A DNA stretch of 41,314 bases, taken from Duncaniella sp. (GTDB taxonomy: Bacteria; Bacteroidota; Bacteroidia; Bacteroidales; Muribaculaceae). A program made the position numbers and the translations under genes. Location: assembly GCA_029052375.1 (NCBI GenBank), contig JAIDJD010000257.1:1-41314 (forward strand). Direction: 5' to 3'. This document shows, in pieces, positions 18,096 to 26,149 of this stretch. The notes under the pieces were generated by a model. The model had not been told where the DNA came from. It made no database searches and was given only the letters and a program-made list of their open reading frames with translations. Positions within the stretch are counted from its first letter, which is position 1. The number at the start of each line of letters is the position of its first letter.

Positions 18096-18354
18096 GCCCT
18101 TCGGGCTGTTTAGGGTTTAAGGCCTTGCGGCCTTAGGTTTAAAGTTTAGCAATTAGACATAAGGCCTTACTAAACTTTAAACCTCAGGCCGAAGCTCCTA
18201 AACTTTAAACCTCAGGGCGAAGCCCCTAAACTTTAAACCTCAGAGCGAAGCCCCTAAACTTTAAACCTCAGGCCGAAGCCCCTAAACTTTAAACCTCAGA
18301 GCGAAGCTCCTAAACTTTAAACCTCAGGCCGCAAGGCCCTAAACTTTAAACTCC
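18095..18354. repeat. 28-bp tandem array (six full units plus a partial) preceded by an inverted copy
   Basis: CTAAACTTTAAACCTCAG plus a 10-11-nt hairpin-type variable part, starting at 18170, 18198, 18226, 18254, 18282, 18310 and partially 18339; inverted unit at 18121-18152. Confidence 0.95.
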
Positions 18355-18369
18355 CCTCATCCCCTTCCT

Positions 18370-19527
18370 ATGCTCCAAAGTCTCCGCCATGGCATCCGGA
18401 CGCTGTGCTCGCGCAGAATCTACTTCTTCATGCTGATTCTTGTGCCGATGGCGGGTGCCGTCTTCTTCCTGTCGCTCATGCACGAGGGTCTTCCACACAG
18501 GATACCTACCGCCGTCGTAGACCTCGACCACTCGCAAATGTCGAGAAGCGTCACCCGCTCGCTCTCGGCCACCCAGCTCATAGACATCACCGAGCGCAAG
18601 GAGAGCTATGCCGACGCCATCAGCTCGCTCAAGGCGGGCGAGATATACGGCTTCTTCTACATCCCTCAGGATTTTGAGAAGAACGCCCTGGGCGGCAATC
18701 ATCCCACGCTCTCGTTTGTGACCAACATGAGCATCTATGTCCCGGGCACACTGGCCTACAAGGGCTTCAAGACCCAGGCCGTCACCACCAACGGCGGCCT
18801 GCTCACCGCCGTGCTCCAGCAGAGCGGCGCCGAGGCCGCCCTCGGCCTCTCGTCCGGCTCGATGATGCCTCTCAACGTCAACGCCAATCTCATGGGCAAT
18901 CCGTGGATGAACTATTCGGTCTATCTCTCCCAGTCGTTTCTGGCGGGCCTGATAGCGCTCCTGGCCATGGTGATGACCGTCTTTTCCATCACCGAGGAGA
19001 TCAAGTGGCACACGTCGCCCGAGTGGCTGGCGTCGTCGCGCGGGTCCATGGCCCTGGCCATCTTCGGCAAGATATTCCCGCAGACAGTGATACTCACCGT
19101 CATGGGCTGGGGTATGCTGGCGGTGATGTTCTGTTACCTCTATTTCCCGTTCCACTGCCCGGCGTGGCATATGCTCCTGGCCATGTTCCTTCTGGTGGCC
19201 TCGTCCCAGGCCTTTGCCATAGTCGTGGCCGAGATTGTCCCCAATGTGCGCCTCAGCCTCATTGTGGTGAGCCTCGTGTCCATACTGGCCTTCTCCGTGG
19301 CCGGATTCTCGTTCCCGGTAGAGAAGATGTACGGCCCGATAGGGATATTCGCCTACATACTCCCCATCAGATATTATTTTCTCATCTACATCGACCAGGC
19401 CCTCAACGGACTGCCTCTCTACTACTCGCGCGTCTACTATATCGTGATGCTCGGTATGCTCCTGCTCCCCCTGGCGGGGCTCGCGAGGCTGCGCAAGAGA
19501 TGTCTCGATCCGGTGTATGTGCCCTAA
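18370..19527 (+). CDS. ABC-2 type transporter permease
   Basis: IPTAVVDLDHSQMSR, FYIPQDFEK, NPWMNYSVYL, AFSVAGFSFPVEKM, ILPIRYY. Confidence 0.9.
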   Translation: MLQSLRHGIRTLCSRRIYFFMLILVPMAGAVFFLSLMHEGLPHRIPTAVVDLDHSQMSRSVTRSLSATQLIDITERKESYADAISSLKAGEIYGFFYIPQDFEKNALGGNHPTLSFVTNMSIYVPGTLAYKGFKTQAVTTNGGLLTAVLQQSGAEAALGLSSGSMMPLNVNANLMGNPWMNYSVYLSQSFLAGLIALLAMVMTVFSITEEIKWHTSPEWLASSRGSMALAIFGKIFPQTVILTVMGWGMLAVMFCYLYFPFHCPAWHMLLAMFLLVASSQAFAIVVAEIVPNVRLSLIVVSLVSILAFSVAGFSFPVEKMYGPIGIFAYILPIRYYFLIYIDQALNGLPLYYSRVYYIVMLGMLLLPLAGLARLRKRCLDPVYVP

Positions 19528-19541
19528 ATCGCTGAAAAAAA

Positions 19542-20777
19542 ATGAACTGGCTTAAGGAATTCTATCAGGTCTGGCGCAGGGAGTGCTATCTGGCCTTCAC
19601 GGACATGGGCGTGCTCATATTCTTCTTTGTGCTGCCGCTCTTCTATCCCGTCATATATACGCTCATCTACAACCCCGAGGTGGTGACCGACGTCCCCGCC
19701 GTGGTGGTAGACCACTCGCGCACGGCCGAGAGCCGCGACTTTGTCCGCACCATCAACGCCACTCAGGGCATCCACGTCATAGGCTATGCCGCAGACATGG
19801 GCGAGGCGCGCGAGGCCCTGGCCACCAAGAAGTGCTATACGGTGTTTGAGATTCCGGCCGACTATGCCCGCGCCATCGGCTCGGGCGGTCAGGCCACGGT
19901 GTCGCTCTATCAGGATATGTCGCTGCTGGTGCGCTACCGCCAGGTGCTGCTCTCGCTGACGGGCGTGCAGCAGTACGAGACGCTCGCCGTCACCGCCGAG
20001 CGCGTAGCCGCGAGGGCCGGAGGCCTCACCACCCTTGTCTCAGGCCTCCCCATAGGCACCCAGGCCAACATCGCGGGCAACCCCTCGCAGGGCTTCGCCT
20101 CGTTCATCATCCCCGGCATCGTGGTGCTCATCCTCCAGCAGGGTATGCTGATGGGCATAGCCATGCTGGCCGGGACGCGCCGCGACCGGCGCAGGCGCTA
20201 TCCGATGCACGTCGACCCCACCGACCTCGGGGCCGGCGCCACGGCCACCGTCCTCGGGCGCGCCGCCTGCTACTTCACGCTCTACCTGCCGATGGCATAT
20301 TACGTCATGGCCATCGTCCCTTATGTCTTCGAGCTGCCCCAGGCGGGCCGTCCGCAAGACTATATGCCTTTCATCACGGTGATGCTCCTGGCCACCGCCT
20401 TTCTCGGACAGACCATACAGATATTCGTGCGCGAGAGAGAGACCTCGATGGTGCTGATAGTCTTCACCTCGGTCTTCTTTCTCTTCCTCTCGGGCCTGAC
20501 GTGGCCGCGCTATGCCTTCCCGGTGTTCTGGAAGGCTGTCAGCGACCTCATCCCTGCCACGTGGGGCGTGGAGGGTCTGGTGCATATCAACTGCAACGGA
20601 GCCTCTCTGGCCGATGTCAGTGGCTATCTGTGGCCTCTCTGGGGCCTCACAGCGGCCTATTTCGTGACGGCCGTACTCCTGCGCCACTTCACCCGCCCGA
20701 CGCCCGAGGAGACCGCCATTGCGCGCCGCGAGTGGGAGCGAGAGATGAACGGCGGCGAGCTCCACGCCGATGCCTGA
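19542..20777 (+). CDS. ABC-2 type transporter permease
   Basis: VPAVVVDHSRTAESR, NPSQGFASFIIPGIVVLILQQ, FLSGLTWP, LIPATWGV. Confidence 0.9.
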   Translation: MNWLKEFYQVWRRECYLAFTDMGVLIFFFVLPLFYPVIYTLIYNPEVVTDVPAVVVDHSRTAESRDFVRTINATQGIHVIGYAADMGEAREALATKKCYTVFEIPADYARAIGSGGQATVSLYQDMSLLVRYRQVLLSLTGVQQYETLAVTAERVAARAGGLTTLVSGLPIGTQANIAGNPSQGFASFIIPGIVVLILQQGMLMGIAMLAGTRRDRRRRYPMHVDPTDLGAGATATVLGRAACYFTLYLPMAYYVMAIVPYVFELPQAGRPQDYMPFITVMLLATAFLGQTIQIFVRERETSMVLIVFTSVFFLFLSGLTWPRYAFPVFWKAVSDLIPATWGVEGLVHINCNGASLADVSGYLWPLWGLTAAYFVTAVLLRHFTRPTPEETAIARREWEREMNGGELHADA

Positions 20778-20798
20778 AAAAACAACCGTCCAAAGACC

Positions 20799-21371
20799 AT
20801 GAGCAATACAGACAGTGAAGATAAGAAAACCGGAAAGACAGGACGCACGGTCTTGTTTGTGATATTGATATTCATAGCCATCGGGCTCTGGGGGGGCGCT
20901 ATGGCGCTGTACGGACGCACCTCGGTAGAGTGGATGCTCCCGCTGGCCGTCGGGCTCTTCATGGCCGCGCTGACTCTGCGTCCGCTCTCGCGGATGTGGA
21001 AGTGGCTGCTCGAGAGCGAGTCGTCTCTGCTTGCCGGCACGGTGCATATACTGGCCATGACCGGGGTGTTTGCCTTCCTTTTCCTCGGCGCCAACTACTG
21101 GCTGGCAGACGACTCGACGCTCCACGAGGAGCGTGTCGCCCTGCTCAGCCGCGACCGCGAAAAGCGTTACCACAGGCGCCGTGTGGGCCGCCACCGCTAT
21201 GTGCGCGGCAATCCCTATTATGTCTACTACATCACCGTCCGCCTCCCGGACGGCCGCGAGAAGCGTATGGAGACGTCGCTCGGGTTTTACAACAGCCTCA
21301 CGCGCAAGGACAGCGTGACGCTCGAGATGGAGAGCGGAGGCCTCGGGATGCCCGTCATCCGGCAGAAGTGA
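20799..21371 (+). CDS. Hypothetical membrane protein
   Basis: Three predicted TM segments, Arg-rich soluble C-terminus ending GGLGMPVIRQK; host-like GC-rich codon usage; co-oriented 21 nt after the permease. Confidence 0.75.
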   Translation: MSNTDSEDKKTGKTGRTVLFVILIFIAIGLWGGAMALYGRTSVEWMLPLAVGLFMAALTLRPLSRMWKWLLESESSLLAGTVHILAMTGVFAFLFLGANYWLADDSTLHEERVALLSRDREKRYHRRRVGRHRYVRGNPYYVYYITVRLPDGREKRMETSLGFYNSLTRKDSVTLEMESGGLGMPVIRQK

Positions 21372-21374
21372 GGG
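21332..21374 (+). repeat. 43-bp direct repeat, left copy (att-like; includes the stop codon of 20799-21371)
   Basis: GAGCGGAGGCCTCGGGATGCCCGTCATCCGGCAGAAGTGAGGG; 40/43 identical to 23118-23160, last 27 bp identical. Confidence 0.92.
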
Positions 21375-21557
21375 ATAGCATGAAACGCCCTCCCGCATCT
21401 ACGGGTATGCAATTATTTTTTTGCATCTTAATAAAATTTAACAGTCTTTTTTCTTGAATGATTTTGGGAATATTTGTAATTTCGTGGCGTTGACAAAGTG
21501 CTATAGCTCTAACTTATCACATTACGACAATCTAATTTATCACATTTTTTAGAACAG

Positions 21558-22538
21558 ATGAAGAAATTCTTATTTCTCTTTGCCTCAATGCTTTGTTTAA
21601 TAGCTTGTGGCAGTGAAGAGAATTTGTCTTTTGAAGATTCGAACCATGAAAATGGGAGCAGATCTACTGAAGACAGTTCTTTTCCTGGAAATCAACCGAC
21701 TTCCAATATCAATGCCTTTGATGTGTTTGGAAAAGTACACAACATTATGCTCCATAACGGAGTTCAAACATTTGATGAGGAAACCATCTCAGAATTTGAG
21801 GGCGCAACAAAGTACGACCAGCTGACGGCATTTAATATTGCCTATGTACCATCACTTCCCCTCCATAGTGTTGACAAACAAGTGATAATAGAATGTTTGC
21901 CAGACTATAAGCATCTTTTTAATGAGGAAACTACGTGGGATTTACTCACTAAGGAATCATCCGTTACAACTCCTAAAACCAAGGCAGATGTATTTAATAT
22001 GAGTTTTCAGGATTTATATACCCATGCTTTAAATCTTGATATGATTGATAGCAAAGAGTATGATATGCTGTTGTTGCTCGCAGACTACTCCAAAGAGAAT
22101 GCAACAGGTTTGCTATCAAGCTACGAACTTGAAAATAAGGTTGATGACCTCATTAACCTTTGGCTTGAGGCCTATGGTGATGTTGATTATTCGTCAATAA
22201 TACCATCTGAACAGAACGGAGTATATGGACAGATTCCCGCGATTGACTTAAAAGATTTTCCAGAAGGGGCAATTAGTGGCCTTGTGTTAAATATATCTAA
22301 ACATTCTCTTGTTTATTGGAATGGACCCATGTCGCCGGCAAGACCTGAGAGGGTTGCTCCTTGGGTTGCGGCAGATGCTGGAGGCGCGCTGATTGGAGCT
22401 GGTGGGGCATTGCTTTACCATTGGATCTCTAATACTTCAGTAGACTGGGCATCTGTAGGGTACTCGGCGGCCGTCGGCGCAATAGACGGTTCTTTAGGAA
22501 TTTCTGGCAAAATAGGGAGATGGTTATTTAGTATTTAA
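21558..22538 (+). CDS. Hypothetical lipoprotein with a C-terminal Gly/Ala-rich hydrophobic (glycine-zipper/bacteriocin-like) domain
   Basis: Lipobox LIAC(17) followed by acidic GSEENLSFED; C-terminus VAADAGGALIGAGGALL...SAAVGAIDGSLGISGKIGRWLFSI. Confidence 0.8.
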   Translation: MKKFLFLFASMLCLIACGSEENLSFEDSNHENGSRSTEDSSFPGNQPTSNINAFDVFGKVHNIMLHNGVQTFDEETISEFEGATKYDQLTAFNIAYVPSLPLHSVDKQVIIECLPDYKHLFNEETTWDLLTKESSVTTPKTKADVFNMSFQDLYTHALNLDMIDSKEYDMLLLLADYSKENATGLLSSYELENKVDDLINLWLEAYGDVDYSSIIPSEQNGVYGQIPAIDLKDFPEGAISGLVLNISKHSLVYWNGPMSPARPERVAPWVAADAGGALIGAGGALLYHWISNTSVDWASVGYSAAVGAIDGSLGISGKIGRWLFSI

Positions 22539-22549
22539 AATATATCAAT

Positions 22550-22589
22550 AATACGGAAGAATTTTTGTAAAGGGATTCTTCCGTATTTT
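22550..22589 (+). terminator. Stem-loop between the two islet genes (terminator/attenuator or mRNA stabiliser)
   Basis: 13-bp perfect stem AATACGGAAGAAT/ATTCTTCCGTATT followed by TT. Confidence 0.6.
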
Positions 22590-22612
22590 AATTTGTAGGA
22601 TAATGAAGATAT

Positions 22613-23113
22613 ATGAAAACATATAGTTTAGATATCAAAGGATGGCCAATGGTTATTGTCATTGCCGTGTGCCTGATAGTGATGACCTGGGTTTATTTCG
22701 AGGTTGATGCAGGAAGGACCTGGCATTCATTTTTGTCAGTGATAGTTCTGTCGGTTCTCTTGTTGTACCTCGCTTCCGCGCTTTTATTTATGCCTTACAG
22801 CATTTCAGTAGAGGGAGATAAATTGTTTCGCTCATCTCCGGTCTGGACATGGGTGGTGCGTCTTTCCGACATCAAGTCTGTCGCTGCGGTAGATTCAAAT
22901 TCCGATTTTGGCAGATGCAAGCTTGGAAGCTATGGGATGTTGGGTTTTTGGGGCAAGTGGCATTCAGAAAAATTCGGTGACTACACTGCGTTCTATGGCC
23001 GTCCGGACCAATGCTTCTTCGTGAGGCTCAAGAACGGCAAAGGCTATATGTTGGGGTGTAAGGAGAACGAGGCTCTGATGCAAGCCATAAAGGACGCTAT
23101 CGCAGAACAATAA
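22613..23113 (+). CDS. Two-TM membrane protein with a bacterial PH (bPH_5-like) domain
   Basis: Two TM helices, then VRLSDIKSV, LGSYGMLGFWGKWHSEKFGDYTAFY, VRLKNGKGYMLGC. Confidence 0.75.
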   Translation: MKTYSLDIKGWPMVIVIAVCLIVMTWVYFEVDAGRTWHSFLSVIVLSVLLLYLASALLFMPYSISVEGDKLFRSSPVWTWVVRLSDIKSVAAVDSNSDFGRCKLGSYGMLGFWGKWHSEKFGDYTAFYGRPDQCFFVRLKNGKGYMLGCKENEALMQAIKDAIAEQ

Positions 23114-23117
23114 GTTT

Positions 23118-23160
23118 GAGCGGTGGCCTCAGAATGCCCGTCATCCGGCAGAAGTGAGGG
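23118..23160 (+). repeat. 43-bp direct repeat, right copy
   Basis: GAGCGGTGGCCTCAGAATGCCCGTCATCCGGCAGAAGTGAGGG. Confidence 0.92.
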
Positions 23161-23187
23161 CACCACGGAAGGATAAAGAATCACATA

Positions 23188-23254
23188 CCCTCGGTAGGGG
23201 CGCCGGTTGCCATAGCGGCCCCCATACACAATCTATCCAAGGGCCGGAGGCCCT
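23188..23254. repeat. Degenerate copy of the GTAG-palindrome family seen at 12.7 and 14.6-14.9 kb
   Basis: CCCTCGGTAGGGGCGC is the exact reverse complement of GCGCCCCTACCGAGGG (12757-12772); followed by AGGGCCGGAGGCCCT. Confidence 0.7.
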
Positions 23255-23267
23255 GAGAATTGTAGAC

Positions 23268-23321
23268 ATAAGAAAACGCGAGGCTGTGTCGTTGTGACAC
23301 AGCCTCGCGTTGCGTTCTTTA
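23268..23321 (-). terminator. Intrinsic terminator downstream of cysS (possibly bidirectional)
   Basis: 16-bp stem AACGCGAGGCTGTGTC/GACACAGCCTCGCGTT with A-rich left flank. Confidence 0.85.
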
Positions 23322-23333
23322 TGTATCCCGGGC

Positions 23334-24824
23334 TCAGAGGCTCCACTCGGCGCCGTCGCGGGTGTCCTTGACGGTGAAGCCGAGGGCGGCGAGGCGGTCG
23401 CGTATCAGGTCTGAGGTGGCCCAGTCCTTTGCGCTCTTGGCCTTGGCGCGGACGTCGAGCAGGAGGTCTACGGCACCCTCGAAGGGCTTGAGAGCGTCTG
23501 CAGAGCCTTCGGCCCCGCCCATCTCTGTGCGGATGCCGAGGATGTCGACGAGGAAGGTGTCGAAGAGGTCTTTGAGCTCGTCTATCTGCTCCTTGGTGGC
23601 CGTGGCCTTGCCGTCCTTCACCTGGTTGATCAGGCGCAGGGCGTCGAAGAGGACGGCTATCAGCACCGGGGTGTTGAGGTCGTCGTCCATGGCCTCGTAG
23701 CAACGCTCTCTGAGGCCCTCCGTTGAGATTGTCGATGTCTCGGAGGGTGTCAGCTCCCGTAGGCGGCGATAGCCCTCGGTCATGCGTCTGAGGGCAGTCT
23801 CGGCCGACTGCAGGGCTTCGTTGGAGAAGTCGACGGTGCCGCGATAGTGGGCCTGGAGGATGAAGAAGCGGATGGTCATCGGCGAGTAGGCCTGCGAGAG
23901 CAGGGGATGCGAGCCTGTGAAGAACTCATCGAGGGTGATGAAGTTGCCGAGGCTCTTGCCCATCTTCTTGCCGTTGATGGTTATCATGTTGTTGTGCATC
24001 CAGTAGCGCACGGTCTCGTGGCCGTTGCGGGCCACAGACTGGGCTATCTCGCACTCGTGGTGGGGGAACATGAGGTCCATGCCTCCGCCGTGTATGTCGA
24101 ATGTCTCGCCGAGGTATTTCTCGCTCATTGCCGAGCACTCGAGGTGCCATCCGGGAAATCCTTCGCTCCAGGGCGAGGGCCAGTGCATGATATGCTCGGG
24201 CGCGGCTTTCTTCCAGAGGGCGAAGTCGGCAGAGTTGCGCTTCTCGCTCTGGCCGTCCAGGGCGCGGGTGGTGGAGTAGAGCTCGTCGATGTTGCGTCCC
24301 GAGAGCTTGCCGTAGCTGTGGTCTCGGTTGTACTTGGGCACGTCGAAGTAGACCGAGCCCTCCGAGATGTAGGCATATCCGCTCTCGAGTATCTTCTTGA
24401 CATACTCTATCTGCTCTATGATGTGGCCCGAGGCATGGGGCTCGATGGATGGGGGCAGGACGCCGAGGGCCTCCATGGCCTTGTGGTAGCGCAGCAGGTA
24501 GTGCTGCACCACCTCCATGGGCTCAAGCTGTTCGAGGCGGGCTTTCTTGGCTATCTTGTCCTCGCCCTCGTCGGCGTCGTGCTCGAGGTGGCCTACGTCG
24601 GTGATGTTGCGGACATAGCGCACCTTGTAGCCCAGATGGGTGAGGTAGCGGTAGACGATGTCGAAGGTGATGGCCGGACGTGCGTGTCCCAGGTGGCCGT
24701 CGCCATAGACAGTGGGCCCGCAGACATACATACCCACGCGCCCTTCGTGTATGGGCTTGAAGGTCTGTTTTGTGCGCGAGAGGGTGTTGTAGATGGTCAG
24801 GTTGTTGGGTCGGATGTCAGCCAT
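23334..24824 (-). CDS. cysS: Cysteine--tRNA ligase
   Basis: [53 protein letters not shown]. Confidence 0.98.
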   Translation of the reverse strand: MADIRPNNLTIYNTLSRTKQTFKPIHEGRVGMYVCGPTVYGDGHLGHARPAITFDIVYRYLTHLGYKVRYVRNITDVGHLEHDADEGEDKIAKKARLEQLEPMEVVQHYLLRYHKAMEALGVLPPSIEPHASGHIIEQIEYVKKILESGYAYISEGSVYFDVPKYNRDHSYGKLSGRNIDELYSTTRALDGQSEKRNSADFALWKKAAPEHIMHWPSPWSEGFPGWHLECSAMSEKYLGETFDIHGGGMDLMFPHHECEIAQSVARNGHETVRYWMHNNMITINGKKMGKSLGNFITLDEFFTGSHPLLSQAYSPMTIRFFILQAHYRGTVDFSNEALQSAETALRRMTEGYRRLRELTPSETSTISTEGLRERCYEAMDDDLNTPVLIAVLFDALRLINQVKDGKATATKEQIDELKDLFDTFLVDILGIRTEMGGAEGSADALKPFEGAVDLLLDVRAKAKSAKDWATSDLIRDRLAALGFTVKDTRDGAEWSL

Positions 24825-24866
24825 GACGTTTCAGTGTGGTAGGGTGTGTGCGGAGTGTGGCCGGGC

Positions 24867-25187
24867 TCAGGCCTTGCCGCCGGTGATGAAGGGATTGTGG
24901 ATCTCGCCCTGGCCGCCGTTGTTGACGGGACGCTTGGGACGTATCTCGCCGAAGGTGGCCTCGTACTTCTTGACGTTCTCGATGAGGGCGGCCATGAGGT
25001 TTTTGGCGTTCTCGGGGCTCATGATGATGCGGCTCTGCACCTTGGCCTGGGGCATATTGGGGGCCATGGTGATGAAGTCTACGAAGAATTCGTTGGGGCC
25101 GTGGGTGATGACGGCGAGGTTGCTGTAGATGCCTTTGGCCACCTCGGGGCTGAGTTCTATCTTGATTTCGTTCTGTTCGTTTGCCAT
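24867..25187 (-). CDS. DUF3467 family protein
   Basis: IELSPEVAKGIYSNLAVITH..EF.VDF...P...AKVQSRIIMSPENAK. Confidence 0.85.
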   Translation of the reverse strand: MANEQNEIKIELSPEVAKGIYSNLAVITHGPNEFFVDFITMAPNMPQAKVQSRIIMSPENAKNLMAALIENVKKYEATFGEIRPKRPVNNGGQGEIHNPFITGGKA

Positions 25188-25194
25188 AATTGTA

Positions 25195-25386
25195 GGTTTG
25201 GGGTTTAAGGAGCTTCGCTCTTGGGGGGTGTTGGGTTTAGGGTTTAGGAGCTTCGCTCTGGGGTTTAAAGTTTAGTAAGGCCGCAGGGCGTCCTGCGGGA
25301 TTTAATCAGTCTCAGAGGAGTTATTGGTCTTATTAGTCCAATCAGACTTATAATTCTCAATTCTCCATTTTCAATTCTCAATTCTC
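25195..25386 (-). repeat. Composite 7-mer/9-mer/28-mer intergenic repeat element (second copy)
   Basis: Minus strand: (GAGAATT)n, ATAAGTCTG ATTGGACTA ATAAGACCA, AAATCCCGCAGGACGCCCTGCGGCCTTA, CTAAACTTTAAACCCCAGAGCGAAGCTC... Confidence 0.85.
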
Positions 25387-26124
25387 CGCCGTGTATATCA
25401 TGCAGGCGCCGAGGCAGAGCGAGATATAACGGGCGTTCTTGAATCCGGCCTGCTCCATCAGGCGTGTCATCTCCGTGCGCTGGGGGACGGCGGCTATCGA
25501 CTCGGGCAGGTAGGAGTAGGCGCGGACATCCTTGGAGACCATCCTCCCGAGCGTGGGTATCACGGCGCGGGTATAGATGTTGTAGAACGGCTTCACAAGG
25601 GGCGAGGATGGAGTGGAGAGCTCGAGTATCACCACGCGTCCGCCGGGCCTCAGGACACGCCTCATGGAGCGCAGGCCGCGGGGGATGTCGGCGAAGTTGC
25701 GCACACCGTAGGCGCATATCACGCCGTCAAAACTCGCGTCCGGCAGGTCGAGGTCGAGACAGTCGCCCTGGCGGAGGGTGATCTCGACCCCCTCGGGCAG
25801 GCGGGTCTCGGCTATCTTGCGGCGCCCCACGGCGAGCATCCCCTCGGAGAGGTCTATGCCGGTGATGGAGGGCGTGCGGTTTTCGGCGGCGAGCTTTAGA
25901 GCTATGTCGCCCGTGCCCGTGGCTATGTCGAGCACGCGCCCGTAGCTCGTGGCCGGGCCGAGGAGCCTGACGGCCCGGCGGCGCCACGAGTGATCCATCC
26001 CGAGGGTCATGCAGCGGTTCATGAAGTCGTAGGCCGGAGCGATGGCGTCAAACATTTCGCGCACCTGTCCGGTCTTGTCGGCCTCGGGGCCGCCGCCGTA
26101 GGGGGTGATTTTCTCTACTTCCAC
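25378..26124 (-). CDS. ubiE: Demethylmenaquinone methyltransferase MenG/UbiE
   Basis: VREMFDAIAPAYDFMN, VLDIATGTGD, AYGVRNF, RVLRPGG, AYSYLPESI; GTG start. Confidence 0.95.
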   Translation of the reverse strand: MEVEKITPYGGGPEADKTGQVREMFDAIAPAYDFMNRCMTLGMDHSWRRRAVRLLGPATSYGRVLDIATGTGDIALKLAAENRTPSITGIDLSEGMLAVGRRKIAETRLPEGVEITLRQGDCLDLDLPDASFDGVICAYGVRNFADIPRGLRSMRRVLRPGGRVVILELSTPSSPLVKPFYNIYTRAVIPTLGRMVSKDVRAYSYLPESIAAVPQRTEMTRLMEQAGFKNARYISLCLGACMIYTAEN

Positions 26125-26149
26125 TTGAGAATACAGAGGGGGTCGGGTA

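Larger units (their letters stand above)
21375..23117. mobile_element. AT-rich two-gene islet between direct repeats, no recombinase
   Basis: Abrupt composition shift at both boundaries; flanking 43-bp direct repeat. Confidence 0.75.

Noticed and set aside
18170-18354. CRISPR array
   Set aside because: The variable parts are only 10-11 nt and closely related to each other, and there are no cas genes; this is a tandem repeat.
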